Source of the DNA: a virus
UHGV virus genome: UHGV-0038498
Strand: one strand, 5' to 3'
DNA length: 64,000 bases
Part shown: piece after piece, positions 1-9,074 of the stretch
How the letters are laid out: each line of letters starts with the position of its first letter
How positions within the stretch are numbered: position 1 is the first letter of the stretch
The notes under the pieces: model-generated
The model's input: the letters and a program-made list of their open reading frames with translations, nothing else
Databases searched by the model: none
Told to the model about the DNA's origin: nothing
Translations under genes and position numbers: made by a program

Positions 1-1
1 T

Positions 2-372
<371 letters not shown>

Positions 373-373
<1 letters not shown>

Positions 374-570
374 TGGCGTGGCATCATGAAACTTGGTCTA
401 TTGTTATTGTAAATAGTGGTTTAGTTGGTACTAGTAATGGGCAATTTTGTGTATTCACTAGTGAAATAAGAGCTTGGGAGGAATGTCTTAAATTAAGAGA
501 AAAGAATCCTGATATTGAACTAACAGTAAAGAAAACTAAACTGCCTTTACCATGGAAAACTTATGAATAA
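373..570 (+). CDS. hypothetical early protein (65 aa)
   Basis: ATG overlaps pseT stop (TAATG); GGAG 7 nt upstream; ORF-track frame 343..570 trimmed to this ATG. Confidence 0.4.
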
Positions 571-763
571 CATAGAAAAGATTTATCAACTTTGTGATAA
601 AATTGAAAAAGAAAAGAAATATCTATTTTGTTTATGGCCTATTGTTGATGGAAGAGTAGGCTTAGATGTTCTTGATTATGAAACAGAAGACAGAGTAGAT
701 GGTTCAACTTTTGATAATGCGTTGGATGTTATTGATTGGCTTGAAGAAAATTATGTGAGGTAA
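563..763 (+). CDS. hypothetical early protein (66 aa)
   Basis: Tight packing and overlap with neighbours on same strand. Confidence 0.4.
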   Translation: MNNIEKIYQLCDKIEKEKKYLFCLWPIVDGRVGLDVLDYETEDRVDGSTFDNALDVIDWLEENYVR

Positions 764-765
764 AT

Positions 766-1041
766 ATGTTTCCGACTTATTCTAAAATCGTAGAAGTAGT
801 GTTTAGTCAAATTATTGCTAATAATATGTTTGAAAAGCTTGATAACGCAGCTGAGCTTCGAATTCATGCTCAAGTGACTCATGTATTGAACACTTTGCTT
901 CCAGACCAGGTGGATTCTATTGCCATTACGCTGTATCCAGGTTCTGCGCATATCATTGTCGTATTTGGTCTTGATGCTGAGCTAGTCATCAAAGGCGATA
1001 TTCGCTTTGAATCACAGACATCAGAATTCAAAGCAATTTAA
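766..1041 (+). CDS. hypothetical early protein (91 aa)
   Basis: ORF in series of same-strand small early ORFs between pseT and cd. Confidence 0.45.
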   Translation: MFPTYSKIVEVVFSQIIANNMFEKLDNAAELRIHAQVTHVLNTLLPDQVDSIAITLYPGSAHIIVVFGLDAELVIKGDIRFESQTSEFKAI

Positions 1042-1043
1042 TA

Positions 1044-1082
1044 GTTTACTTTACGGTAGAGTTGTGATATTATAGCTCTACC
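1044..1082 (+). promoter_or_regulatory. early (sigma70-type) promoter with inverted repeat around -10
   Basis: GTTTAC (1044-1049), ~17-18 nt spacer, TATTAT; arms GGTAGAG 1055-1061 / CTCTACC 1076-1082. Confidence 0.6.
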
Positions 1083-1103
1083 AAAGCAAATGAGGAAATT
1101 GAA

Positions 1104-1634
1104 ATGAGCGAATGGTTTGAAGAAGATAAGGTTTATCGCTTTAAAGCTGGGTATAAAGATATTTTTAATGAAACATGCGGGGCTAATAAACGAATTGCTC
1201 AATTTATTGGGGAAAATTCATTTAAAGTAAAAATAGATCCTGCGAAAAATGTTATTAGCATTAAACGCGAAATTGATGACTGTTGGTATAAAGCTGTTGA
1301 TGTAATGGGCGAATCCTATAAAGTTAGCCCGTTATTTTCAATTGCTTATATGTTAGAATATTCTTTTTTCGAAGAAGTTCAAAAAGATGATTCTGTCAGT
1401 AAATTTGAAATTAAAACTGATAAAGAAATTAAGTGGAAAGTAGTAGGTATTACCGGTGGTTGCATGTTTTATATCTATGCTCAAACTGATACGAAGGAAG
1501 AAGCTAAAAAGAAAGCTCTAGAATATCTTGAAGAGTATGAAGAAGGCCCGGTAATGATTACCCAAGATGCCGAATTAGTTTCTGTCAAATTAGTTAAAAA
1601 CGTTGAAAGTAAGGAGCTGGGATCAACATGCTAA
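1104..1634 (+). CDS. hypothetical early protein (176 aa)
   Basis: GAGGA RBS 8 nt upstream; preceded by early-type promoter at 1044-1073. Confidence 0.55.
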   Translation: MSEWFEEDKVYRFKAGYKDIFNETCGANKRIAQFIGENSFKVKIDPAKNVISIKREIDDCWYKAVDVMGESYKVSPLFSIAYMLEYSFFEEVQKDDSVSKFEIKTDKEIKWKVVGITGGCMFYIYAQTDTKEEAKKKALEYLEEYEEGPVMITQDAELVSVKLVKNVESKELGSTC

Positions 1635-1859
1635 GTGAAAACCAATTACTGTTAAAGAATTCCAAGAAAAAGTTAAACTATTTGCTCAGGAATTGGTAAA
1701 TAAGGTTTCTGAACGATTTCCAGAAACATCGGTTCGTGTTATTACCGAAACTCCTCGTTCAGTATTAGTAATTGTGAATCCAGGTGATGGTGACCAAATA
1801 ACACATCTCAAATTGGATTTTGATGGATTAGTTGAAGCACAAAGGGTGTATGGCGTACT

Positions 1860-2198
1860 ATGATGAATTTAACTGATATAATTGATAATTGTCTTGAAAA
1901 TGATACTGGCGATCATAGAGCGCTTGACTCTGAAACAGCTCAGTTCATTAGAATAACTTTAATGAACGATACTCTAGTGAATAGTATTCATCCTTCTGTG
2001 TATGATGCTATTATTGTGACGAAGTATCCGGTTGAGCTTCACAAAAAGATTGTTGGCGCAATTTTTATTGATAAGAAAAACCGCTTTAAAGATGGGCAGA
2101 ATATAATTAGTTCTGTTATTAAAAGTATAACTAAACTTCGTCACGAAATTTATCGTGTTGAAACTGCTAAATCTGCTTATCTGGTGATTATGAAATGA
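1860..2198 (+). CDS. hypothetical early protein (112 aa)
   Basis: ORF directly upstream of cd; stop overlaps cd start. Confidence 0.5.
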   Translation: MMNLTDIIDNCLENDTGDHRALDSETAQFIRITLMNDTLVNSIHPSVYDAIIVTKYPVELHKKIVGAIFIDKKNRFKDGQNIISSVIKSITKLRHEIYRVETAKSAYLVIMK

Positions 2199-2776
2199 AA
2201 GCGAGTACAGTACTTCAAATTGCATATTTAGTATCACAAGAATCAAAATGTTGCTCCTGGAAGGTAGGAGCAGTAATTGAAAAGAATGGACGTATTATTT
2301 CTACCGGATATAATGGTTCACCTGCCGGGGGTGTGAACTGCTGCGATTATGCTGCTGAGCAAGGTTGGTTGCTGAATAAGCCTAAACATACTATCATTCA
2401 AGGCCATAAGCCCGAATGCGTATCATTTGGTTCAACTGATCGTTTTGTCTTGACGAAAGAACATCGTAGCGCGCACTCTGAATGGTCGTCTAAAAATGAA
2501 ATTCATGCTGAACTAAATGCGATTTTGTTTGCTGCGCGAAATGGTTCTTCAATTGAAGGTGCTACTATGTATGTAACACTTTCTCCTTGCCCAGATTGTG
2601 CAAAAGCAATAGCTCAATCTGGAATTAAAAAGCTGGTTTATTGCGAAACATACGATAAAAATAAACCTGGCTGGGATGATATTCTGCGAAATGCAGGTAT
2701 TGAAGTGTTTAATGTTCCTAAGAAAAACTTGAATAAGTTAAACTGGGAAAATATCAACGAATTCTGTGGTGAATAA
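2195..2776 (+). CDS. cd: dCMP deaminase
   Basis: 193 aa as in T4 Cd; zinc-binding cytidine/dCMP deaminase motifs HAELNA and SPCPDCAK. Confidence 0.85.
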   Translation: MKASTVLQIAYLVSQESKCCSWKVGAVIEKNGRIISTGYNGSPAGGVNCCDYAAEQGWLLNKPKHTIIQGHKPECVSFGSTDRFVLTKEHRSAHSEWSSKNEIHAELNAILFAARNGSSIEGATMYVTLSPCPDCAKAIAQSGIKKLVYCETYDKNKPGWDDILRNAGIEVFNVPKKNLNKLNWENINEFCGE

Positions 2777-3012
2777 TGAAATTTCGTTTGGTACAGCTCA
2801 CAGCAATTAGTTCTTATTCTAACGAGAACATTTCATTTGCTGTAGAGTATAAGAAGTATTTTTTCTCTAGGTGGAAACAGTATTATAAGTCAGAATGGGT
2901 TTGTATTGATAGGCCGTATAGTTGGAAATCTGATTTAGAAAAATGCCAAAAGTTGCTTTCCACTCTTAAAGAACGTGGAACAACTCATATTAAAACTGTA
3001 ATAGGTAAATAA
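2776..3012 (+). CDS. hypothetical protein (78 aa)
   Basis: Small ORF between cd and gene 31, start overlaps cd stop. Confidence 0.45.
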   Translation: MKFRLVQLTAISSYSNENISFAVEYKKYFFSRWKQYYKSEWVCIDRPYSWKSDLEKCQKLLSTLKERGTTHIKTVIGK

Positions 3013-3321
3013 ATGAAATTGACGACTGAACAAAAAGTAGCAATTCGTGAAATTTTGAAAACTAAATTGTCCATGGGTATTTCAAACGTAGTTTTTGAAA
3101 AGTCTGATGGTACTATTCGTACTATGAAAGGTACTCGTGATGCAGACTTTATGCCAACCATGCAAACCGGTAAATTGACTGAATCTGCTCGGAAAGAATC
3201 TACTGATATGATTCCAGTATTTGATGTTGAGCTTGGTGCATGGCGAGGTTTTTCTATTGACAAATTGATTTCCGTTAATGGTATGAAAGTTGAGCATTTG
3301 CTTCAATTTATTGGTAAATAA
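3013..3321 (+). CDS. hypothetical protein (102 aa)
   Basis: Small ORF between cd and gene 31. Confidence 0.5.
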   Translation: MKLTTEQKVAIREILKTKLSMGISNVVFEKSDGTIRTMKGTRDADFMPTMQTGKLTESARKESTDMIPVFDVELGAWRGFSIDKLISVNGMKVEHLLQFIGK

Positions 3322-3350
3322 ATGCTTTAAGAATTATTTGTTATTATTAA
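3321..3350 (+). promoter_or_regulatory. middle-type (MotA-box-like) promoter upstream of gene 31
   Basis: aaTGCTTTAa followed ~12 nt later by TATTAT; T4 middle promoters carry a TGCTT box near -30. Confidence 0.5.
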
Positions 3351-3378
3351 TTCATCTGTTAACAAAAAGGAAAAAACG

Positions 3379-3714
3379 ATGTCTGAAGTACAACAGCTAC
3401 CAATTCGTGCTGTCGGTGAATATGTTATTTTAGTTTCTGAACCTGCACAAGCCGGTGATGAAGAAGTTACAGAATCAGGACTTATTATCGGTAAACGTGT
3501 TCAAGGTGAAGTTCCTGAACTGTGTGTAATTCACTCTGTTGGTCCTGATGTTCCTGAAGGTTTCTGTGAAGTTGGTGATTTGACTTCTCTTCCAGTTGGT
3601 CAAATTCGAAACGTTCCGCATCCTTTTGTAGCTTTGGGTCTTAAGCAGCCAAAAGAAATTAAACAAAAATTCGTTACCTGTCACTATAAAGCTATTCCGT
3701 GTCTTTATAAGTGA
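3379..3714 (+). CDS. 31: co-chaperonin for capsid folding (GroES analogue)
   Basis: 111 aa, sequence [22 protein letters not shown]... matches remembered T4 gp31; position between cd and rIII. Confidence 0.85.
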   Translation: MSEVQQLPIRAVGEYVILVSEPAQAGDEEVTESGLIIGKRVQGEVPELCVIHSVGPDVPEGFCEVGDLTSLPVGQIRNVPHPFVALGLKQPKEIKQKFVTCHYKAIPCLYK

Positions 3715-3840
3715 TATAAATAATAATATGAATTGGGTTTCAATTCTATGTGGTAGTCTACAACTGAGAGATCTGTCGAAAGAAGATGAAATTCAGAAGA
3801 ACGTGACTACCGAGTTTTAATCTCTAACGAGAATTTTTAA

Positions 3841-4089
3841 ATGATTAAACAATTACAACACGCTCTTGAACTGCAACGAAACGCATGGAATAATGGTCAC
3901 GAAAACTATGGCGCATCTATTGATGTTGAAGCCGAAGCTCTTGAAATCCTGCGTTATTTCAAACATCTGAATCCTGCTCAAACTGCATTAGCTGCTGAGC
4001 TTCAGGAAAAAGATGAACTTAAATATGCTAAGCCTCTGGCTTCTGCCGCACGAAAAGCAGTTCGTCACTTTGTGGTAACACTGAAGTAA
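3841..4089 (+). CDS. rIII: rIII lysis-inhibition accessory protein
   Basis: 82 aa, position immediately after gene 31 as in T4. Confidence 0.7.
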   Translation: MIKQLQHALELQRNAWNNGHENYGASIDVEAEALEILRYFKHLNPAQTALAAELQEKDELKYAKPLASAARKAVRHFVVTLK

Positions 4090-4208
4090 TTATGTTGACG
4101 AGGTTTATGGTTATCCTGTCGGTAAATATTCAAAACCTAAGTACCCCTTGAGGGCTTTCGCAGGCAATGCCAATAAGTCCTGCATTTTCATTTAAAAGAG
4201 AATTTATA

Positions 4209-4385
4209 ATGGCAAAACAAGCTAAAGCAAAGAAAGCAGTTGAAAAGAAAGTTGGTGATTCTAAACGCGCTGGTTACAAGCGTGGGTCGAACTCTCGTAT
4301 CAATCAAACTGTTGAGAAGATCATGCGCCGAGCACGTGCGGTTCTTCGAGATGATGCTTCTCGTTTTGGTAAGCAGAAAGCATAA
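4209..4385 (+). CDS. small basic protein (58 aa)
   Basis: ATG at 4209 (MAKQAKAKK...) with purine-rich RBS; followed by strong terminator hairpin 4391-4419. Confidence 0.45.
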   Translation: MAKQAKAKKAVEKKVGDSKRAGYKRGSNSRINQTVEKIMRRARAVLRDDASRFGKQKA

Positions 4386-4390
4386 GTTGA

Positions 4391-4419
4391 GGACTCCTTC
4401 GGGAGTCCTTTTTTATTTT
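4391..4419 (+). terminator. rho-independent terminator
   Basis: Hairpin GGACTCC-TTCG-GGAGTCC followed by TTTTTTATTTT. Confidence 0.75.
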
Positions 4420-4438
4420 CCAAAGATTGCATAAAGTT

Positions 4439-4488
4439 GTTTACAGTATAGTTCCTTTGTGATAGTATTATCTTACACAAACAAAGGA
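4439..4488 (+). promoter_or_regulatory. early promoter with inverted repeat around -10; 3' arm overlaps RBS
   Basis: GTTTAC 4439-4444, TAGTAT 4463-4468; arms TCCTTTGT 4453-4460 / ACAAAGGA 4481-4488 (includes AAGGAG RBS of ORF 4496). Confidence 0.6.
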
Positions 4489-4495
4489 GAATAAA

Positions 4496-4864
4496 ATGAA
4501 AATCAATCTTAACTCATACATCAAAGGTAAAGATCACGACGGCTATAAAGCTATCGAAACTAAAGAACTTCAGTGGCATTTATATAAAGAACAATTTGAA
4601 TTCGTAGATTGTATGACTCCTGAAGGTCCTTCTGATGATTTCTCTTGGAAAATAATGTTAACTAACTTTTTTACTGGAGATACATACGAATTAAAAACTT
4701 TGATTCTTGGTAAAATTCGCTGTGAGACTTATGAAGATAAAGAAACTGGTTACTCTGAAGATGTTACATGGTATCAAAATGGTCGTATTACCGCTGACCT
4801 CTTGATTGAAAAAATGAAAGCCAAAGGTGAATTAAATTTAGATAATTGGATTAAAGTTGCATAA
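4496..4864 (+). CDS. hypothetical early protein (122 aa)
   Basis: AAGGAG RBS; own early-type promoter upstream. Confidence 0.55.
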   Translation: MKINLNSYIKGKDHDGYKAIETKELQWHLYKEQFEFVDCMTPEGPSDDFSWKIMLTNFFTGDTYELKTLILGKIRCETYEDKETGYSEDVTWYQNGRITADLLIEKMKAKGELNLDNWIKVA

Positions 4865-4868
4865 AATA

Positions 4869-4908
4869 GTTTACTTTGGTACAGGATATGATATTATATA
4901 CCTGTACC
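4869..4908 (+). promoter_or_regulatory. early promoter with inverted repeat around -10
   Basis: GTTTAC 4869-4874, TATTAT 4893-4898; arms GGTACAGG 4878-4885 / CCTGTACC 4901-4908. Confidence 0.6.
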
Positions 4909-4934
4909 GCAATTAAACATCTTGGAGAATAAAA

Positions 4935-5300
4935 ATGAACTACATCAACTTTGAACGTAAATATGTTTCTAATGGTATTGCAGGTTCTATTGATACTATC
5001 TGCCTTTGGAAACATCAAAATGGATCAGTATGCGAAATTGAACAGTATATGACTCCTAACTACGTTTATATGCGATTTGAAAATGGCATCACGGTTTCAA
5101 TCACAATGGAAGGTTCCAACTTCAAAATTGCTTTGGATGATGATTTTCGTCAACGCGATTTAGGGACTCATCCTTGCTGGAATGGCGTTAATCGCAAGCT
5201 TCTGGTTAAAACTTGGATTCGTCATATTCTGAGTAACAGAGCTAAACCTGAGCATCTTGAAGCAATCTTTGATGTAGTTCTTAACGAATTTGATATTTAA
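4935..5300 (+). CDS. hypothetical early protein (121 aa)
   Basis: GGAG RBS; own early-type promoter upstream. Confidence 0.55.
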   Translation: MNYINFERKYVSNGIAGSIDTICLWKHQNGSVCEIEQYMTPNYVYMRFENGITVSITMEGSNFKIALDDDFRQRDLGTHPCWNGVNRKLLVKTWIRHILSNRAKPEHLEAIFDVVLNEFDI

Positions 5301-5341
5301 AATAAAATGAGGGGCTTCGGCCCCTTACTGAGGAAAATACT

Positions 5342-5629
5342 ATGTTTATGACTACTTATTTTGATACCCGCAAAAATTTCTGTGAAGTGGTTTTCTCTAA
5401 GGCGCCTAAAGACCTTCCTGCTCATTTGCAACCTACCAGCGAATCGATTAAAAACTACGTTAATGTAGTATGTCCTTTAGAGTTCCGTACTGTAAATGGG
5501 CGCGATACTTTAGCTATCACTAAACTCAATCGTGAAATTGACATTGACCCTTCAATTGCGCGTGAAATTAACATTTCTGATATTGGCGGCGGTAATGTTA
5601 AATCGCATGGCTTTCAGATGAGATTTTAA
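5342..5629 (+). CDS. hypothetical protein (95 aa)
   Basis: GAGGAAAA RBS; in 30.x-like ORF series. Confidence 0.5.
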   Translation: MFMTTYFDTRKNFCEVVFSKAPKDLPAHLQPTSESIKNYVNVVCPLEFRTVNGRDTLAITKLNREIDIDPSIAREINISDIGGGNVKSHGFQMRF

Positions 5630-5633
5630 TAAA

Positions 5634-5849
5634 ATGTTTAAGAAATTAATTCAGAAATTATTAGGTACGGAAATGGTTGAAGTTACTTATCGTGTGACTG
5701 ACGTTTCTCCTCTCACAGAAGACCATTTAGAGCCATATATTATGACAATTAAAATGCTTAAATATGATGGCGGATTATCTATTGAAGACCGTTTACCGGG
5801 TTACGGTCATTGGGCTGATGTTGAAATTATAAGTATTAAAGATGTCTGA
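5634..5849 (+). CDS. hypothetical protein (71 aa)
   Basis: Tightly packed same-strand ORF. Confidence 0.45.
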   Translation: MFKKLIQKLLGTEMVEVTYRVTDVSPLTEDHLEPYIMTIKMLKYDGGLSIEDRLPGYGHWADVEIISIKDV

Positions 5850-6300
5850 ATTAGAGATTAGAAGCAATTTTAAATGGCCATCATGTGCATTAAGTAATTT
5901 CGCCCAATGGCCTTTCGTTATGGATGGCATTCAATTTGGAGGTCTCGAAGGATTCCTCCAAGGGTGTAAGGTGAAAAATGTTGAACAGCAAAGACGTATA
6001 TTTGGGTTATCCGGGCTTGCCGCCCAACAAGCTGGAAGGTCTTATGCTAGAGCTCAGGACCGTGGGACGTTGTTCTGGCTTGGAGTTCCGTTTTCAAGAT
6101 ACTCTCCGGCGTGGAAAGAATTATACACAAATGCATATTTTGAAGCAGCGTTCCAAAACAAAGGCTTTCGCGATGCATTACAAGCCTCGAAAGGAAAAGT
6201 TTTGAAGCACAGCATGGCTAGTGGTCTAACAAAAGATGATACAATACTAACCGAAGCTGAATTTATTGATGTGTTAAACCTATTAAGAGACTCTCTATGA
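5842..6300 (+). CDS. NADAR/YbiA-like (DUF1768) protein
   Basis: Motif LSNFAQWPFVMDG resembles the FSNFAxWP..DG core of YbiA/NADAR proteins; 152 aa. Confidence 0.55.
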   Translation: MSELEIRSNFKWPSCALSNFAQWPFVMDGIQFGGLEGFLQGCKVKNVEQQRRIFGLSGLAAQQAGRSYARAQDRGTLFWLGVPFSRYSPAWKELYTNAYFEAAFQNKGFRDALQASKGKVLKHSMASGLTKDDTILTEAEFIDVLNLLRDSL

Positions 6301-7160
6301 AGCCTACTATTTTAACTGATATTGATGGAGTATGTTTAAGCTGGCAATCAGGTCTTCCTTATTTTGCTCAGAAATATAATCTTCCGTTAGAACATATTTT
6401 AAAAATGATCCAAGATGAGAAATTTATTTCTCCAGGTAAACTCTTTAATTGTGATGAAGAACTCGGTGTCAAGCTAATTGAAAAATACAATCGATCAGAT
6501 TTTATTCGTTACTTGTCTCCATATAAAGATGCCCTGTGTGTAATTAACAAATTAAAAGAAGATTATAATTTTGTAGCTGTTACAGCATTGGGTGATTCTA
6601 TTGACGCTCTGCTGAATCGTCAATTTAATTTGAATGCTCTTTTTCCTGGTGCCTTCTCAGAAGTAATGATGTGTGGTCATGATTCTTCAAAAGAAGAGTT
6701 ATTCAAAAAGGCAAAAGAGAAATATAACGTAATTTGTTATATTGACGATCTTGCTCACCACTGCGATCATGCGAGTGAAATATTAAATGTTCCGGTTTAT
6801 TGGATGGCTCGAGGAGAGCGTGACAATATTCCAAAAACTGCGCAGCGAGTTTATACATGGAATGATGTAGAAAATAAGCTTTTTTCACCGAAGGAAAATA
6901 AAGAAAGTTTTGATAGTGAAAAAGCTATAAAAGATGTAATTGAGAAGATGGTTAAAAACGATTCTTTTCGTTGGAACACTACCTGGAGAACTCCTGGATT
7001 TAATCCGTATAATCCATATTATACACATCCATATAATCCATATTATACACACCCGTATCATATGAATCCATTCCATACGTGGAGTTATACTAAGCCTGGT
7101 GATGCAGGGTATTTTAATAGATTTACTAGTGGTGATAATATTTTCCAAGGAGCATTCTAA
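6297..7160 (+). CDS. HAD-like protein with C-terminal Tyr/Pro-rich repeat tail
   Basis: N-terminal ILTDIDGV resembles HAD motif I; C-terminal NPYNPYYTHPY repeats; 287 aa; position of T4 30.2. Confidence 0.5.
   Translation: MKPTILTDIDGVCLSWQSGLPYFAQKYNLPLEHILKMIQDEKFISPGKLFNCDEELGVKLIEKYNRSDFIRYLSPYKDALCVINKLKEDYNFVAVTALGDSIDALLNRQFNLNALFPGAFSEVMMCGHDSSKEELFKKAKEKYNVICYIDDLAHHCDHASEILNVPVYWMARGERDNIPKTAQRVYTWNDVENKLFSPKENKESFDSEKAIKDVIEKMVKNDSFRWNTTWRTPGFNPYNPYYTHPYNPYYTHPYHMNPFHTWSYTKPGDAGYFNRFTSGDNIFQGAF
7008..7054 (+). repeat. 24-bp direct tandem repeat inside ORF 6297-7160
   Basis: TATAATCCATATTATACACA at 7008-7027 and again at 7032-7051; encodes YNPYYTHP twice. Confidence 0.7.
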
Positions 7161-7429
7161 TGTTTGTCGTTCACACTATTTATGAAAATGAAGGTAATAC
7201 TACACGCGATTACGGTCACGTGAATCAATTTTTTAGATGCAATCCAGAATTCCGAGCTCAAAAAGACGAACGAATTTTTAAAAAATGTGTAGAGCAAGGT
7301 TTCATTTATATCAAGCACTGGATGCAAGGAAATAAAGTTAGAACTACATATCATAGGTCTTTAACTGAGCTTAATGATGAATTGATTTATAATAGAGCTG
7401 TAAATCAAACTCTGAAGGATGAACAATGA
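7160..7429 (+). CDS. hypothetical protein (89 aa)
   Basis: ORF immediately upstream of ligase; stop overlaps ligase start. Confidence 0.5.
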   Translation: MFVVHTIYENEGNTTRDYGHVNQFFRCNPEFRAQKDERIFKKCVEQGFIYIKHWMQGNKVRTTYHRSLTELNDELIYNRAVNQTLKDEQ

Positions 7430-8889
7430 TTCTTAAAATTCTGAATGAAATAGCATCTATTGGATCAACTAAGCAGAAGCAAGCAATTCTTGAAAAGAAT
7501 AAAGATAATGAATTGCTTAAACGAGTATATCGTCTGACTTATTCTCGTGGGTTACAGTATTATATCAAGAAATGGCCTAAGCCTGGTATTGCTACCCAGA
7601 GTTTTGGAATGCTGACTATTACCGATATGCTTGACTTCATTGAATTCACGTTAGCTACTCGGAAATTGACCGGAAATGCTGCAATTGAGGAATTGACTGG
7701 ATATATCACCGATGGTAAAAAGGATGATGTTGAAGTTTTGCGTCGAGTGATGATGCGAGACCTTGAATGCGGTGCTTCAGTATCTATTGCAAACAAAGTT
7801 TGGCCAGGTTTAATTCCCGAACAACCTCAAATGCTGGCAAGTTCTTATGATGAAAAAGGCATCAGTAAGAATATCAAATTTCCAGCTTTTGCACAGTTAA
7901 AAGCAGATGGAGCTCGGTGTTTTGCTGAAGTCCGAGGTGATGAATTAGATGATGTTCGTCTTTTATCACGAGCTGGTAATGAATATCTAGGATTAGATCT
8001 TCTTAAGGAAGAGTTAATCAAAATGACTGCTGAAGCCCGCCAGATTCATCCAGAAGGTGTGTTAATTGATGGCGAATTGGTATACCACGAGCAAGTTAAA
8101 AAGGAACCAGAAGGCCTAGATTTTCTTTTTGATGCTTATCCTGAAATTAGTAAAGCTAAAGAATTCGCCGAAGTAGCGGAATCTCGTACTGCTTCTAATG
8201 GAATCGCCAATAAATCCTTAAAAGGAACCATTTCCGAAAAAGAAGCTCAATGCATGAAGTTTCAGGTCTGGGATTATGTCCCGTTGGTAGAAATATACGG
8301 TCTTCCGGCGTTTCGTTTAAAATATGATGTACGTTTTTCTAAACTAGAACAAATGACATCAGGATATGATAAAGTAATTTTAATTGAAAACCAGGTAGTA
8401 AATAACCTAGATGAAGCTAAGGTAATTTATAAAAAGTATATTGACCAAGGTCTTGAAGGTATTATTCTCAAAAATATCGATGGATTATGGGAAAATGCTC
8501 GTTCAAAAAATCTCTATAAATTTAAAGAAGTAATTGATGTTGATTTAAAAATTGTAGGAATTTATCCTCACCGTAAAGACCCTACTAAAGCAGGTGGATT
8601 TATTCTTGAATCAGAGTGTGGAAAAATTAAAGTAAATGCTGGTTCAGGCTTAAAAGATAAAGCCGGTGTAAAATCACATGAACTTGACCGTACTCGCATT
8701 ATGGAAAACCAAAATTATTATATTGGAAAAATTCTAGAGTGCGAATGCAACGGTTGGCTAAAATCTGATGGCCGCACTGATTACGTTAAATTATTTCTTC
8801 CGATTGCGATTCGTTTACGTGAAGATAAAACTAAAGCTAATACATTCGAGGATGTATTTGGTGATTTTCATGAGGTAACTGGTCTATGA
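7426..8889 (+). CDS. 30: ATP-dependent DNA ligase
   Basis: 487 aa; N-terminus MILKILNEIASIGSTKQKQAILEK... and adenylation motif region (FPAFAQLKADGARCFAEV) match remembered T4 DNA ligase. Confidence 0.95.
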   Translation: MILKILNEIASIGSTKQKQAILEKNKDNELLKRVYRLTYSRGLQYYIKKWPKPGIATQSFGMLTITDMLDFIEFTLATRKLTGNAAIEELTGYITDGKKDDVEVLRRVMMRDLECGASVSIANKVWPGLIPEQPQMLASSYDEKGISKNIKFPAFAQLKADGARCFAEVRGDELDDVRLLSRAGNEYLGLDLLKEELIKMTAEARQIHPEGVLIDGELVYHEQVKKEPEGLDFLFDAYPEISKAKEFAEVAESRTASNGIANKSLKGTISEKEAQCMKFQVWDYVPLVEIYGLPAFRLKYDVRFSKLEQMTSGYDKVILIENQVVNNLDEAKVIYKKYIDQGLEGIILKNIDGLWENARSKNLYKFKEVIDVDLKIVGIYPHRKDPTKAGGFILESECGKIKVNAGSGLKDKAGVKSHELDRTRIMENQNYYIGKILECECNGWLKSDGRTDYVKLFLPIAIRLREDKTKANTFEDVFGDFHEVTGL

Positions 8890-9074
8890 AAGCTTACTTA
8901 GAAACAATTGTCGTTGCTCAAAAAGAAGGTGAAGATGTTTCTACTTCTGTATCACAAATTATGATTGAATTTATAGATGCATATGCTTATAATAAATTCA
9001 CAGAAACATTTGATGCCTATGAAAAAGGTCCAAAGTTTGAAATATATCGTACTCTCTTACCAATAGATTATTAA
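8886..9074 (+). CDS. hypothetical protein (62 aa)
   Basis: Small ORF overlapping ligase stop; followed by terminator hairpin. Confidence 0.4.
   Translation: MKAYLETIVVAQKEGEDVSTSVSQIMIEFIDAYAYNKFTETFDAYEKGPKFEIYRTLLPIDY

Noticed and set aside
751-951. Minus-strand 66-aa ORF overlapping plus-strand early ORFs; likewise 1974-2246, 2985-3263, 3082-3306, 3475-3684, 6703-6888, 6885-7148, 7157-7354, 7560-7796, 9625-9834 and 10035-10292
   Set aside because: All lie antisense inside longer, well-supported plus-strand genes, lack convincing RBS, and have low-complexity AT-driven composition; treated as shadow ORFs.
3715-3722. TATAAATA immediately after gene 31 stop as a late promoter for rIII
   Set aside because: It lies ~120 nt from the rIII start, farther than the other late promoters here, so I did not annotate it.
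4167-4434. Alternative ORFs 4167-4385 (from MPISPAF...) and 4240-4434
   Set aside because: The 4167 start lacks an RBS whereas the in-frame ATG at 4209 has one; 4240-4434 is an out-of-frame overlap running through the terminator hairpin.
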